The notes below the pieces were generated by a model. It searched no databases. It was not told where the DNA came from and was given only the letters and a program-made list of their open reading frames with translations. Position numbers and translations under genes: made by a program. A stretch of DNA of 64,000 nucleotides from Vicugna vicugna. Its lineage: Eukaryota. Shown here one piece after another: positions 51,111 through 64,000 of this stretch. The stretch is taken from contig MU058423.1 of NCBI GenBank assembly GCA_013265495.1, forward strand, positions 3,921,061 to 3,985,060, in the 5' to 3' direction. How positions within the stretch are numbered: the stretch's first letter is position 1; each line of letters begins with the position of its first letter.

Positions 51111-54100
51111 GTAATTACATTGAAACTAAAAGTATTTTGTGTGAAGACTGCTTGATATTATTATTAAATATATATAGTTTCTTATTTGTGCAACATTTTG
51201 AGGCATAGGACTATTGGATCTAAGTTACTTAGGTAAACTAGTTCAATGTAAATATTTTTTTACAGAAAAATGGTTACATAGAACCAGTTAAGGATCAAAT
51301 ATCCATTGACTCATACCTTGTGGCAGGTGGTGTGCTAAAGCTCATACGCAGTTTCACAAAAACATCAGTAGTAGTGTTAATATACCCATTTTACAGATGT
51401 GAAAATTGTTTATGGCATTCAATCTTAGACCTATTTGATACAGAGCCTGCATTCGTGACCATTACACACCTGCCCCCTCATATGGGCTCCCCTCCACGAT
51501 TTTCTCTCTCATACACAGAAGGAGCACTTTGCCTTCAACCCGGGTGACTTCACACTGTAGATAACTCATTCAAATCTGAGCCTCCTCGCTTCACCTGACA
51601 TTGATATTTTTCACCTCCAGTGACCTCTGGCTCTGCTGTGTGTCAGCCAGACATCCCCATGGCCGCCCCGGGGGCCTGGTCATCACCCGTGTCTAGAACA
51701 CTTAATTCAGAATCTCATTCTCTCACCCCAGTCTTAAGATTTCCTGCTCGTTGGCCCGTCTGCTGTCTTTCTGTTCATCAGGCTATCCTGTGTTTGCTGC
51801 CTTGCCTGATGAGCTTAGTTTCCATGGTCCAGCATTTGAACCCTTTTTCTGCCACTTTCTGCATCAACCTGTCTTCACTCATGCAGTTGGAGTGCCGAGT
51901 CCTGCTGAAGAAAGTCTTTCAAGCACAAAGATTTGTGCCGCTTTAAATGTGGTGTGAGTTATACACCGTCCTCTATGTCTGGCTGATGCCTGCATATACT
52001 TTAGTTTCAGCTTCATGTCTACTCCTCCCTGGGGTCTTCTCTGAACTCCCTGGTTTGGTGCTTTGCTGACCACTTCCACAGCAACATGCTGATCACTGAC
52101 ACAGCAGTGCCGTTCTTTGTAGGGGTGTATGTTCCCCTCTGTCCCTACAGAATGTTAAGTTCCATAGGGAAAGTCATGTTCATGACTAAATGAGACAGCC
52201 AACAGCAAGTCAAGGAGTCAACCAACTAGTAGGTGAATATACTTTAAATATTTGTAGATTCCAAAGTATTATATACATGGGAAAGTACTTACAACTTTTG
52301 AAAGCATTTCAAACTTACGTTCTCCTTTTTGTGCAAGATCATTTTATTTGGTCTTGGTGAAATGTGACAAAAACAGAGATATATTCTCTAAGGATCTTTC
52401 TATTTAGGGGCAGAAAAAGGAAAAACAATTTGAAAGCCATTGGAAAGCTTGATATAACTGGTATCCTGGAGAAGTAGCTTCTGAGTATATCTGTTTGATG
52501 AAATAGTCTGTAAAGAAATCTTAGAGTTTGAGAAGGAGTGTACTGCTTCAGTTGCTCAGGTAGATACTCCAGAATTTTTTTTTTAAACTTTTGTGTTTAC
52601 CACGTCTTCTTGGATGTTTAAGTCAACTTGATAACTAAAAAACCAGAAATTCACCACCACAGGTTATATTTTCTTAGTGGTAAAATTAAAGTGATTTTAA
52701 GAACAAATATCATACATTGTCAAATCCTTGAAGATAATAGGAAAAAGAAATATTAATTTGATTTTATCATATTTGTTTGTTTTAGAATTAACACTCAACT
52801 TTTATAAGGTAAAAATTTCTCCTGGAAATTAAATCACTCATTACCAAGTTTTGCCACATACCAAGCACTGAGGATGAGGTTAATAAAACTAAGATGAATG
52901 ATTTAAAAAGTCTCTAAAGACAAAAATAATTTGATTTTGTGGTTTTGTAATAGATGCAATTTCTTTTTCTATCCAGAGGTTAAAAAAAAGTTTACGGAAA
53001 AAATAGGGACCCTTCTGTCACAAATTATACTCTCTAGCTTCAAAGGGCAAAATAGGATATTCTTCCTGTTAAAACCTGGAAAAACAAAATCTGTAACTAG
53101 GTTTTTCAAAAGAGTTATGGCTCTGAGGTAGCTGGAAGTGAGGGCCTCCACCAAATGTTTACTGAATTTATTGAACAGAGTTACTAATTAATGTTGCTCC
53201 ACAGAGCCAGTGCCCAAGTACAGATTTACATGAAATGTTCTTTTCTGCACAGAATTATGCCTGCTTTTTGTCATGTTTGAGCTTCATCAGACTTTTTTGC
53301 TGCAACTTCATGAATATTAGATACTCAGTACCTGCGCATGGAAAGAATCATCTTGCACATGCTAGGTTTTAGGAAATTACCTTTCTGGTACTTCAAAAAC
53401 AGTCAGCAACAGCCAGTTCCTCGGGTTCAAGCCAGTATATGTCACACTTTTATAATGGCGTGAACACTGGGATATTGGCAAAGAAAGAGAAGTTTCGTTC
53501 ATTGTTCCGCAGGAGTTTGTCTTAACTCAGAAGTGAAAAACACATGAAATGCTCAGACTCTGCCCAGGAACCCAGGCGAAGGTCATTTTTAGGATCCGCC
53601 GTTTTTCACACTATATAAAGTTCATGAGAAATCAGTGGTTTGGTTTTAGAATGATGTGCCATCTTCGTATATTACGTGTTATGTGCAGGCGTTTTTGTAA
53701 ACCGTAGTTGCGTGTGAACTTTGTGTTCAGTGTCTCTGGTCTTTTGAGAAGTGAGGCAGAACTAACACTCTCTTCCAGTATGTCTTTTCTGTGCACAATT
53801 CTGGTTTTACCAGCGTGACTGCCTTCCAGATGACGCACAATTTGCGGGCACAGTTTCTTATTATTTTAATATTTGCATTTTTCTTTGTAGTCCACAGTTT
53901 ATATTTTCATAATTATTACTTTTATGTTTTTATTATACTCTTAGGATATAGGTTTCATTTCACTTTTGCCATTTTCCAGTTGATTAGAACCAACTGTGGC
54001 TAACTATTTAAATAGCTTATTATGCTAAATTTGAACAAGTTGAAACCAGAGCATAATTTTGGTGTTTAAGGTTGATGAAAGAAGCTCTTTATGTAGAGGA

Positions 54101-56494
54101 AGAGAAAAAAAAAAGATAGGAAGCTGAAAATTTGGGGAAAGAATAAGGTTAACCTTAAGGAAGGTAAGAACAGGGGGAAAAAAAAAGACTAGGAAGTGAT
54201 AGGTTTTGAATTGATAGGAGAGGGAGAAAAAAATCAAGATCTTGAAAGCAAAAAAAAAAAGGCCCACAAAAATCAAATACTGTTCCTAAAGTCTATATTC
54301 TATATGCACTTGAAATATTTTAAATTGAAAAATTATAGAGGACAAAAGCTTATAGGCTAATACCTTAATTTTTTAGTATTCCCAATCAATTTATAGGAAG
54401 AAGACAATACATACTCTCAGTATGATAACCTCGGGGTATAGAGATTTTGAAATCGATTCTCTGAACTTCCTGTGATAGTTTGAAGGATCTGTTGTTGCTT
54501 ATAAAACTGTCATTCCCACTGGAACATTTTGAAACTGATTCTTTCCCAGCTTTCTTAGAAAAGGTAGTGATTTATTCATTAAGTATTTAAATCTAAAACA
54601 GTCATGTATGACCTTTCCATAATCCTCCCTTGTTTTTTCTAGTCACCCTCACTGGGTGACAGATTGTTATTGGAAAGAACACCGTTTTTGGCTGTTAGCT
54701 GGCTCTAAGCTATGGGACTGAGTTGCTTCTATGTAAATGAATATGTTTGGCTGACTTATTCTAAGACCCTTCTTTCATAGAATCACATCCCATGCTAGGA
54801 TACAGGGTACCCATTGCTAGAAAAGAATACACAGCTCAATGTGGTTTCTCTAATCACTCCTTCTCCTCCTTACACGTAGTGTGAAGGAGGAATGTTCCTG
54901 AGAAGGACGCCGTGTTTTCTTTTCATTTTACGTACATAATTATGTAGTGATGTTGGTTGTTGATCTGTAGCCCCAGTGAAAGATGACGTAAACAAAAACA
55001 GTTGTACCACATGAAAATGAAGATTCATAGCCAGCTTCCTCCTAGGAAACCTGGCTGGGACTGAGTAATAGTTACACATTCACTTGATTTCAGATGGATA
55101 CATTTATACTCAGTCTGCCCACATCTGAATCCGTAAGACTGTAACTAAATAGTTCTGTCTGAACTGAACTACGTTTTATTTCAGAAAAAGATTAAAGGGG
55201 AAAACAAAATAAGCTAAGCAACTGGGGAGAGACTAGATCTCTGAGTTCCCAGTCAGATACTGTGAGAGCTGTGCGTTCTTAGAGTTTACAAGTGAGCTCG
55301 TGAAAGTTTATAAAGATTTAGCAGGTGCGAAATTCTTGCAAATTAGTAATTTCGGTGTAGTGCCCTTGTATGCAAAGGAGGTGGCTTTTTTCCTTTTTCC
55401 TATTTCAGAAATTTATTATAGAAGAATGTTCATAGGAAGGGTAAAGAGATTGTTCAATTTATGTGCATTTTTGTGTAGGTAGGTTGATGATTGATCTCTG
55501 ACCTAAGAGCTCCCTGGCCTCTTAAAAAAAAAAAAAAAAAAAAGGCAGCACATTGAAATGATGGTCCAGAGTCATTTGCTTTCTCTGAAACTGCTGGTCA
55601 GGAATACCAACTGCATATGCCCTTCATTTTAACTTACAAATCAGTAAAGTGTGTCTGCACACATCTAAGTCTTCGGGGCGTGCGACTGAATATGCTCCCT
55701 GGGACTGAAGCAAGGGATCTCAGGCGGGAGGGAGGTCAAGAGGAAAGAGAGGAACAGAGCCCAGAGTGGAAGGAGGCGGCTGGGGAGGCTGTTTTGGAAA
55801 GTGTATGCTACTTTCTGAGTTAGAACTTCTGTTATTTTTATGCTGATTAAGCAATTGAGTGTATAGGAATAAAAAAGTATTCTGCATAAATGATGCAGGT
55901 CACCTGATTTAAAGATATGCAGGGTGAAGACACGTTATTAAGAAAGTCATTATTAAGAGCTTTCAAGAAATATATTAGCAATTTTGCACCTTAAAAACAA
56001 TTTTATTTCCCGCAAAATTGCAGTTACAGGTAGCACATTGATAGAGGTGAAAGCACAAATAATTCCATGCAGTTTAAAAGCAAGTCAAAACTGAAGATGA
56101 AGTGGTAGTTTATCCCATAAAAGCTGAATATTTTTATTATTAAAAGCTAGATTTGATTATGAAAATAAATGTTTCTTGTACAAACCGACGGTACAAATAC
56201 ATAGGAACGGAAAGGAGAGGAGGCAGGTAACAAGTGAGTGAATAACCATAGAATTACAAGTTGGGGTTCGTGTTGTAGATTGTCTTGGCTGTTCACCCAC
56301 TTGCTCAGGGTCTTTAAGCAACTAGGGAAAGGTCGGTGTGATGGGAAACAGTGAGCAAGCGTGAGACTGGAACAAAATGAGATTAGAGAGTTATCAGGGG
56401 CCTGAAAACGCATCTTTTTTTTTTTTTACATTGTTACTTTATTAACTTCTCAGATATTTGAGTGATTACTTATAATTTCAGGGTTTTTTTTTTC

Positions 56495-56622
56495 CCAAAA
56501 AAACACCTTTATTATGGTATAATTCCTGTTCAGTAGACAACACGTATTTCAGGTGTACAATTTGATGAATTCTGATAGATGCTTATACACCTGTGAAACC
56601 GCCACCGCAGTCAGGATAGCTA
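56495..56622 (-). mobile_element. Old L1 (L1MB/MC-type) 3' end
   Basis: ggtgtacaatttgatgaattctgatagatgcttatacacctgtgaaaccgccacc. Confidence 0.75.
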
Positions 56623-57390
56623 GCGTGAAAGTGCATGGTTTTATGGGCTGCGGCGAAAAGGTCAGATCTGATTCTCAATGCAGTGGGAAGGGTTTTAAAC
56701 AGGAGAATGCCATATCATTTGCATTTTTTAAAAGGCATTCACAGGGCTTTGTGAAGGGCAGGCAAGCATTGGCAGAGTGGATGAGGAAAGGCCAGTTTGA
56801 GTCATAAAGCTGGAATGGGAGGTGGAAATAAAGATAGGAAGAAATGGTTGACTTAGAGAGTGTTTTGGGTGGAAGTCAAAGTGCATGTGTGTATTTGGAA
56901 GGGTGGCTACCGGGGGAGAAGGACAGCTACCTTTTTCCTTTCTGCCAAAAGAATTCATCGAGATAAGGAACACAGCCTACGTCACCAAGGTGGTCACGGT
57001 CTACTGTATGGAAATTCTGCAAAGACAGTACATGGAAAGATGCCTGTGGTCTAGAATGCATATTTTATACTCACTGGATAAAGCATTTTGGTGTCAAAAG
57101 TGGTACTGAAGCAGCACTAGCATCAAAGGGAGCATATGTTTCAGGGACTTAACTCACATTTAAGAGAATGTTAGTAGGTTTCTTAGCAGAAGTCTTAAAA
57201 CATGAGAGGAGTAAGTTAGATTTTTTTACCCCTTAGGTGGGGTGTAAGCTGGGTTTATGACAGGAAGCAGGGGCAGCATGTTCGTAAGAACTTGACTCGT
57301 TCAGTAAATTTCAAATAATTGAACAGGATGTGTGTGTGTGAAAGGAGTGATGGAATGGACCAGACCTTCAAGACAGCATATATCAATTTG

Positions 57391-57719
57391 TTTTATTTTT
57401 TTATTTTAAAAATTTTAATACGAAATTTAAAGGTTACTTTTCGTTGACAGTTATTGCAAAATGTTGGCTATGTTCCTCATGTTGTACGGTACATCCTGAG
57501 CCCATCTTACACCCAGCAGTTGGTAACCTCCCACCCCCTCACCCCTACATTGCCCCCCACCCCCCCACCGGCAACCACCAGTCGGTTCCTTAGGTCCCAG
57601 AGTCTGCCTCTCTCCTGTTGTATTCACTGGTTTGTTGTATTTTTCAGATTCCACATATAAGCGACATCACACAGCACTTGTCCCTCTCTGTCTGACCCAC
57701 CCCACCCAACACAATGCCC
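57391..57719 (-). mobile_element. 5'-truncated L1 3'UTR, antisense to VAV3, with clustered A-to-G changes on the L1 sense strand
   Basis: T-rich tail at left, then ggttactttt...agttattgcaaaatgttggctatgttcc...agattccacatataag. Homologous to the other L1 copies at 34021-34100 and 44427-44500. Confidence 0.9.
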
Positions 57720-57879
57720 AGTTTTCAATTTTATCAGTTGCTTTCATGCAGTGCCTCTGGCCATGTTTCTGTCCCTCGACGTCAGGCTCATTCCAGTCTC
57801 AGAATCTTCATGTTTATCGTTCAACTTGCCTGTTGAATTACCAGCTTCTGCCCCCCGCCCCCCAACCCATAACTTGCCA

Positions 57880-58195
57880 CCTTCTACCCATACCCAGGAC
57901 CCAAGTGATTACTGCCTTCTCAGGTCTTAAACTTGACCCGATCGCCTTCTCCTAAAGAAACAGCGTCCCCTCCCACCTCTGCACACTACCTTTTTCTAAA
58001 CTCTTCGTAGTACTTCCATCTGACATTGCCATGTTTGTCCATTTGTTTTCATGTTTATGTTTGTGTTCTCCACTAAAATATGAGCTTTCTGAGTGAGGCA
58101 CATGTCAGTCTCATTTACAGCTTCAGTCCCAGTGCCTAGACCAGTACCTGGGCACGACGGATAGTCTGTAAATATTCATCCAATAAATGAATGAA
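57880..58195 (+). mobile_element. L2 LINE 3' end
   Basis: ctccactaaaatatgagcttt...cccagtgcctagaccagtacctgggcac...aaatattcatccaataaatgaatgaa is a typical L2 terminus. Confidence 0.8.
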
Positions 58196-61100
58196 CTTAT
58201 CGGACCAGGTTATTGCAGAGTGCCTTAGTCATCTTTCCTTTCTCTTATTCGTTAGATAGCCTTTAGGACTAGATTGTCAAAGGTTTATTTTGGTTGCAAG
58301 ACGGAAGCATGCTCGTTAGTTTTAGGCGTGGGGGTTCCGGCTAGGAGGGTAAGGAAACAGCCCAGGAAGTCTCCTCAGTGGTCACTCCAGATCTGAGTCC
58401 TTCCCTGAAGGGGGAAAGGACAGCAGGCTTTATAAGGATCTTTCAGGACCTACAGTTCTGGAAGCTGAGTAATCCCAGTCAACTCTTCTTTTCTGAAGTC
58501 AGAAACCACAGTTCCCTCCTGACTTACAAGTCTGCCTCCTGCTTTCCTGTTCTGTAGGAGCGAATTGGGTTGTCTTGTTTCTCATCCACCAGTGAGGACT
58601 GCCCTTTTGGACAGTCTCCCTTCAAGCGTCCTGCTCAGCCACTGGTGCCTCACATGTTCAGCCTATTCATTGCAACCTTTGGCTTAACCACCATCCCTGA
58701 TCCACTCAAGTGTGGTCCAAATAGCAGACTGATGAGGGTTAAGTGATGATAATGTTCTATAGAAAGAACTACATGTGGCTGCTTGTCCACAGATCCATGG
58801 ACCTGCACACAGATATATGAGGCACTGAGAGGTCCGTAGACTGTCAAGTGTAATTTTTTTTTTTTTTTTTTTAGTTAAGGCGCTTTGAGGCTCTGTCTTT
58901 AGAATATTCTAGTGGGAGTTATTGCTTTCCTCCTAGAGCTCAGCTAATCTTGGGGGAGCTCTCAATCTCTCCCCACTTGAAGGAGTCTTTCCTCTTCTCA
59001 GGATAACACGGCACACCCAGCAGGGATTCAGGTGATCCCAAACACTTACCAGTCGGTATCAGGGGACCTTCTCTCTGCCTGGACCTCATTCTCTGCAGAG
59101 AATGACTAGCCTGTGGCCAGAAGGACCGAAATGGGAATTGGGAAATTTAGGAGTTTTACAAGGTAGAAAATGAGGTGGTAAAACTAGGTGATGGTGCGCT
59201 TAGTTTGAAATTGTGCGATTATCTTCCTTCTCAATTTTTAAAGAAGATACTGAAGAAGCTCAGGCTGAACCCCTCAAACGGCTCCCCTCCCTTTCCTCAA
59301 GAGAGGTCGTTTTCCAGGGGTCTGACTAGTGGCCCATTCTTCTAGAGCTTTGATTTTATTTAGGGATTTTACAGAAACCTCACTTTTTTTTCACTAAAAC
59401 ATACTTATTCAACAGAACAGAATGTTAAATTTGCATGAATTTTAAAAATAACACATGAAATTTGGTAGTTCTTTTGTATTTGGTGGCCTATGAAATCTTT
59501 TTAATAAGTGGAAAACTTTTCCAAAACACATGCTTACATCTTTCACCCTTGACGTACTAGTACTCTCAGTAAATGGTGCCAAAGAGTGACGAGTCAGCGT
59601 TTATAATCTGGAGGAAAGTAACCCTGAAGCTTGTTTTTATATGAGCAGTGACCGTGCTGTCTCCTTCATCTGACTCATCGTTTATAAAAGTAACGTAGGA
59701 TTCTCTGGGTGAAAATTCTCGAAATCATTGATGGGGAGTGTTCCCGTTGTGAACAATTCGTTCTTTAGACCAGTTTGTTCTCCACCGAATTGTCTGCTTC
59801 TCTTGTAACAGATGGTTCCCATTGTAAGCCTCCTTTTGCTCCTCCGTGAGGAGCAGGAAGTGAGTGAGCGAGCCCTGCCTAGCTGGGAGAGCCCTGGAAG
59901 GTGTGGAGGGCGGGGGAAGCCCAGCGCCCGGCGTCCCAGGCCGCCGACCCTGCCAGCTGCCTGGTCGGCTCAGCCCGGACGTCAGAACTGGTGGCTGGAT
60001 CGTAAACTGGTACCAGGAAGGGCTCAGATATCAACTTAAAGGGGACTTAGTTGGCGAGATGCCAGGCAGCACTTTTCTCACTGCAGTTTTCTCAAAAGCA
60101 AGCTTGGAAGTGGTGGATGTCGGTCATGGCGCCTGCTCGTGTGCCCACCAGAATGTGATTCCCAAAACTGTGGAGGACTTGGAAACCACACCTAGGAGAC
60201 TTGCAGAAAAGACAGAATATATATGTTAGGATCCTTGAAGACTTATACCGAAACAGTTCCCTGAAATTTTTGTTACTAGGCAGATTTTGAAAAAGGTCCC
60301 ACGGGGCAAGAGCCCACGCCGGCTGCATTGCTGTCTTGGAGTTCACCTGCCTGTTCAGCGGGCCGTAGGCTCTTTGAGGGCAGGAAGCCTGCCTTGCTCT
60401 GTTCTCAGCCACCGCGGCCAGCCCTGGCAGAGTGCACGGGACGTTTGAGGAATGAATGAGAATGTTACGCTTGTGATCAGTTTCTCGGGGTAAACCAGCC
60501 ACGTCCTCCGACATCTTGGAGAACTAACTATTTCTTCAAGTGGCTGTGTTTACAAATGTAATGGAGCCTGAGAGGTGAAAGGCCTGGCACAGCGCTGGCA
60601 GCCCATTGATCTGGTCCACAGCACTCTCCTCTAAGTTACTGCCTCAGGGAAGCCCGTTGCATTAGGGGCAGCATGTAAATAGATACTAACCTCTATTGCG
60701 GCAGTCACTCTTCTTAGACGCCACAGCGGTTGATACAGGTACCATAGGGTAAGTTCATTGAGGGTTTATGTGAAAATTGTCAGTGAAATAGTTTATATCC
60801 GGCAAACTTTCTAAGATGATTCTATCTAGAATGAATTTTTTTTTAAAAGCACATTATTAAAAAAACATTTCTTGGCATACTGTCACTCTTAGTGACATTG
60901 AATTCAGATCTGAAAGGAAATCTTACTTCAGATCGCCTTTTAAAAAACACTTCTGTATTGTTTTGGAAAACTCTGGTGTTCCACATAATAAAATTGGCTT
61001 CGGTTTTATTCAGCCAGAACCCCATGACAATTACTAGAGTATAACCATCATTTTAATATTGCTGATTCTCCTCGTTGTTCATTCTTCATGCATCAGGATG

Positions 61101-64000
61101 ACTTGGGGACCTTGTCTGATTTTAGACTAAGCATAATTGCTACGTGAACAAAAGTTAAAGGGCACACTTGTCCACAACTTATGTATTAAGGACACAGTTA
61201 ACTGTACAGCAAAGCACTTGTTGTAGGGGATAAAACAGGCTGAAATAACTCAACATTTGGCACGAAATCTAATTTTGTCTCAGCCATTTTAATTATATTC
61301 CCTTAGTTAAAGATAATTGATTATATAAAGTTTTGGGAACTTCTACAGTGACCCCCTCCCATATGTGTTGGAATTACATATGATTATTTTGCATTTACTG
61401 TCTGAAGGTGGTTGCAGTTTAACTTTTCAGGTTTCGATGAGCAGCCCTGTAACTTAACTGTACCAGCCTGTCCATTGTAAAAGCGGTTCTGGAGCAGAAA
61501 GAAACCAAACAACTATTGGGTCCATATTTACCCAAGAAGAAAAAAGCAGCTTCCTGGGATGAGTTATGAACTTATAACATAATGGAATTTATAAATTTTA
61601 ATCAGTTTTCAGAGTCACTTTTAGGTGTTTACTTCCGGTTGGTCAGTGTCAATGAGAGGAAGTAGAGTTCTGCTTTTGTCATGTTACCTTGTTTTGCATC
61701 TCAGCATCCCTTGCAGTATGGATCACCAAAGGAAAACATGATTATTTTTAAAATAAGGAACTAGGGAATTTAAGCCTGGATAGATTTTGAAAGGCTAATC
61801 TATACAAAGGAGATTTGCCTTCTTCAGCATAATTCCATATGGAAGGAGGCAGGCAGTGGATAGAAGTTACCCAGAGAGAGTTTTGAGTAAGCTTCAGTTT
61901 TGAGTAAGCAACAAGGACTGAGTTGTCATAGGGACATGTAGGGAGTGTCCTGTCCTGCACATTTTTAAACAGAGGTTAGAACCTGTCAAGGGATATCCTG
62001 TAAGGGGAGAAGAAAACTTATACTAAATCAACGCTAAATGGCTATTCGAAATAAGAGCGTCTGTAAATCTAATTTCTGCTCCATTCTGAGTCTCATTTGT
62101 GAGGTGTGCACCCCTGCTGTGGCAGTAGATTGTGTCAGCAGTGATCCTGAGGGCTGAAGATTAACCCACTGCCTCTCTCCTTATTTTCATTGCATTTTTA
62201 TCCATCAGTTAATGTGATTGTGTTTGCCTTCTTAGCAGTGTTATTGTGTCTTTTTTTTTTTAATAAAAGAAAGGACTATAAAGGGGCCTTTTGGAAAGCA
62301 ACCATTCATCCCACCAGCACTGTAGAGCTCCTACCATATGCAAGCGTCAGAGGCACGGGGCACAGCGTCAGAATTCATCGTGTCGCTGAGCCGTTGCTTC
62401 ATCCCTCTTGTCCTCTGGCCTCTGTAGCCCTCAGTCTTGAGGACGGATCATCCTGAAATGGGACATGCTGACCAATCAGAAGTAACAGCCAAAGGTGATC
62501 CTAACAAATGACAAAAAAATAGAAATTCCATTCTGTTATAAACTCACACCTCTTTCCACAAAAAGGTGTACGGGTCAAATAAACGTTGTATTTTACAAAT
62601 CATTTTTGACTGAATTCAGATTAGTAGCATTGCTCTTTTGACCATTACCTGGGCTCAACCATAATTCGTGGCAAGGGTCAGAGAGGTTTTGTTTTAGGAA
62701 TGAGATCAGCAACACACCCTAGGTGAGTGTGCTGCCAGGTCAGCTTCCCAAGTGAAGCTCGTCACCAAGAAGAAAGTCACAGCAGGAAATACAGAGTCAA
62801 TGAAAAAAATCAGGAATCAACAAGGCTATGAGAACCAAGTCCACCAGTCCGAAGACTGCTTAGTCCAGAGTAAATCCTAAGACTGCCATGTAGGTCTCAT
62901 TTCTTGACCAAAGGAGATTAACATAGGTACCGTTTTTAGTTTTAAATATTACAGTTTTACTAGGTCCCGTGTTACGGGCATCCTAGTCAGTCGAAAAAGA
63001 TAGATAAGGCAGCATTGCTCCGCCCCGACACCTCTCAGCCTTCATGGCCTGGGCCGTTCTGTATTTTAGTCCCTAATCTGTATTTGGGGGTGAAATGTCA
63101 TCCAGCTTAATTTTTCTTCCCGATGCTCTATGCATTTTCCAGTCACTTCCTCCTGGGAGTGACTAACTCGGGCGTGTCAGCAGCCAGAGAGCTCCTGTTC
63201 CTGCCGTCTGTCACGTGGCGCTGCTTCTGTCTGTCCCTGTGGGTCTCGGCTGCAGACCCGAGTGCAGTGAGGCCGGGGCCCTGCTGAGCACTCACCTGGC
63301 CCCAGGAGTTAAGGCCACATCAGCTCTTTCAGGTTCACAAACTCCTCTTTCCTGACTTCAGCCTTTATTTAAAAGTTGACGTCAAAACAAAATTATCAAG
63401 GGAGCCTGCTGAGCAGAATGCTTTCCTGGCTCTAGAAGTGCTGAGTAAAACCAGGGCTGACTGCCTCGCTGGAGTAGCTGCCGTGCCAGCCGGGCTCACT
63501 TCTGAAATTCCACCGTAGAGCGTGTCCTCGTCCGTATGGTGAGCTTCTCCGTCAGTTGTCGTGTGCACAGGAGACTGAGGTTTCTTTTTAAATTAACAGC
63601 ATCTCAATAGAAAGTGTAAAAGAAGCTTTCTCTACTCAAGGCGCCTGCGGTGTGTTAAGTAAGAGAGCAACAAGCACTTGAGTGAGAAGAGTGTTGTTTT
63701 TGGAGGAGACAGAGTCCACTGTGTGTGCAAGCGCTCCCTGGCAGATGTGGATCAAAGCCATCGCTCCGGGGTCCCGCAGCACAAGAACTGAAGCCAAGGG
63801 GAGATGCAGCAACGCCGTAACAGGCCTCGGCGATTCCCGCACTTGAATTGGGGTGAAGGGCCCGGGGCTTTTCAGCCCTTCTGCCTCCTGATTGACCGGG
63901 TTGATGAAGTGCTGACTTAAGGCGGCAGCCTTGCTGGGTAGAGGCCACGCTTGTTTTCTGCCCTCTCGGGGGCTCACTGAGAAAGGATTTTGGGGACGTT

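Noticed and set aside
23618..64000. Next constitutive VAV3 exon (N-terminal SH3, GLPKMQV...)
   Set aside because: Not found by eye or in the ORF track; it probably lies beyond the window end.
1..64000. Prokaryotic-type systems (operons, defence islands, CRISPR)
   Set aside because: The sequence is mammalian intron with spliceosomal exons and mammalian repeats; it has no dense coding structure.

Overview
Mammalian nuclear DNA, almost entirely intronic. It lies inside the VAV3 gene (Vav guanine nucleotide exchange factor 3) on the + strand. Four phase-compatible coding exons are present: 6546-6647, 6934-7034, 18594-18619 and 23572-23617. By recalled human numbering these are exons 16-19, encoding the end of the PH domain, the C1/zinc-finger domain and the following linker. 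The flanking exons were not found, so the window starts and ends in large introns. tRNA-Ala(AGC)-derived SINEs resembling the camelid vic-1 family suggest a camelid source (inference). The rest is ordinary repeat content: MIR, L2, L1, MaLR/ERVL LTRs, Tigger DNA transposons and microsatellites. Repeat family names come from recalled consensus sequences, not a search. Most ORFs in the supplied track are spurious. Four items stand out: (1) an antisense L1 copy with a dense, strand-specific A-to-G cluster matching ADAR neighbour preference, possibly a hyper-edited RNA fixed in the genome; (2) an internal VAV3.1-type start codon embedded in the exon-18 splice acceptor, with promoter-like motifs upstream; (3) a phase-compatible candidate alternative terminal exon at about 37918-38012 that could give a truncated VAV3 or a ~62-aa microprotein; (4) a twin-primed, 5'-inverted L1 with target-site duplications.
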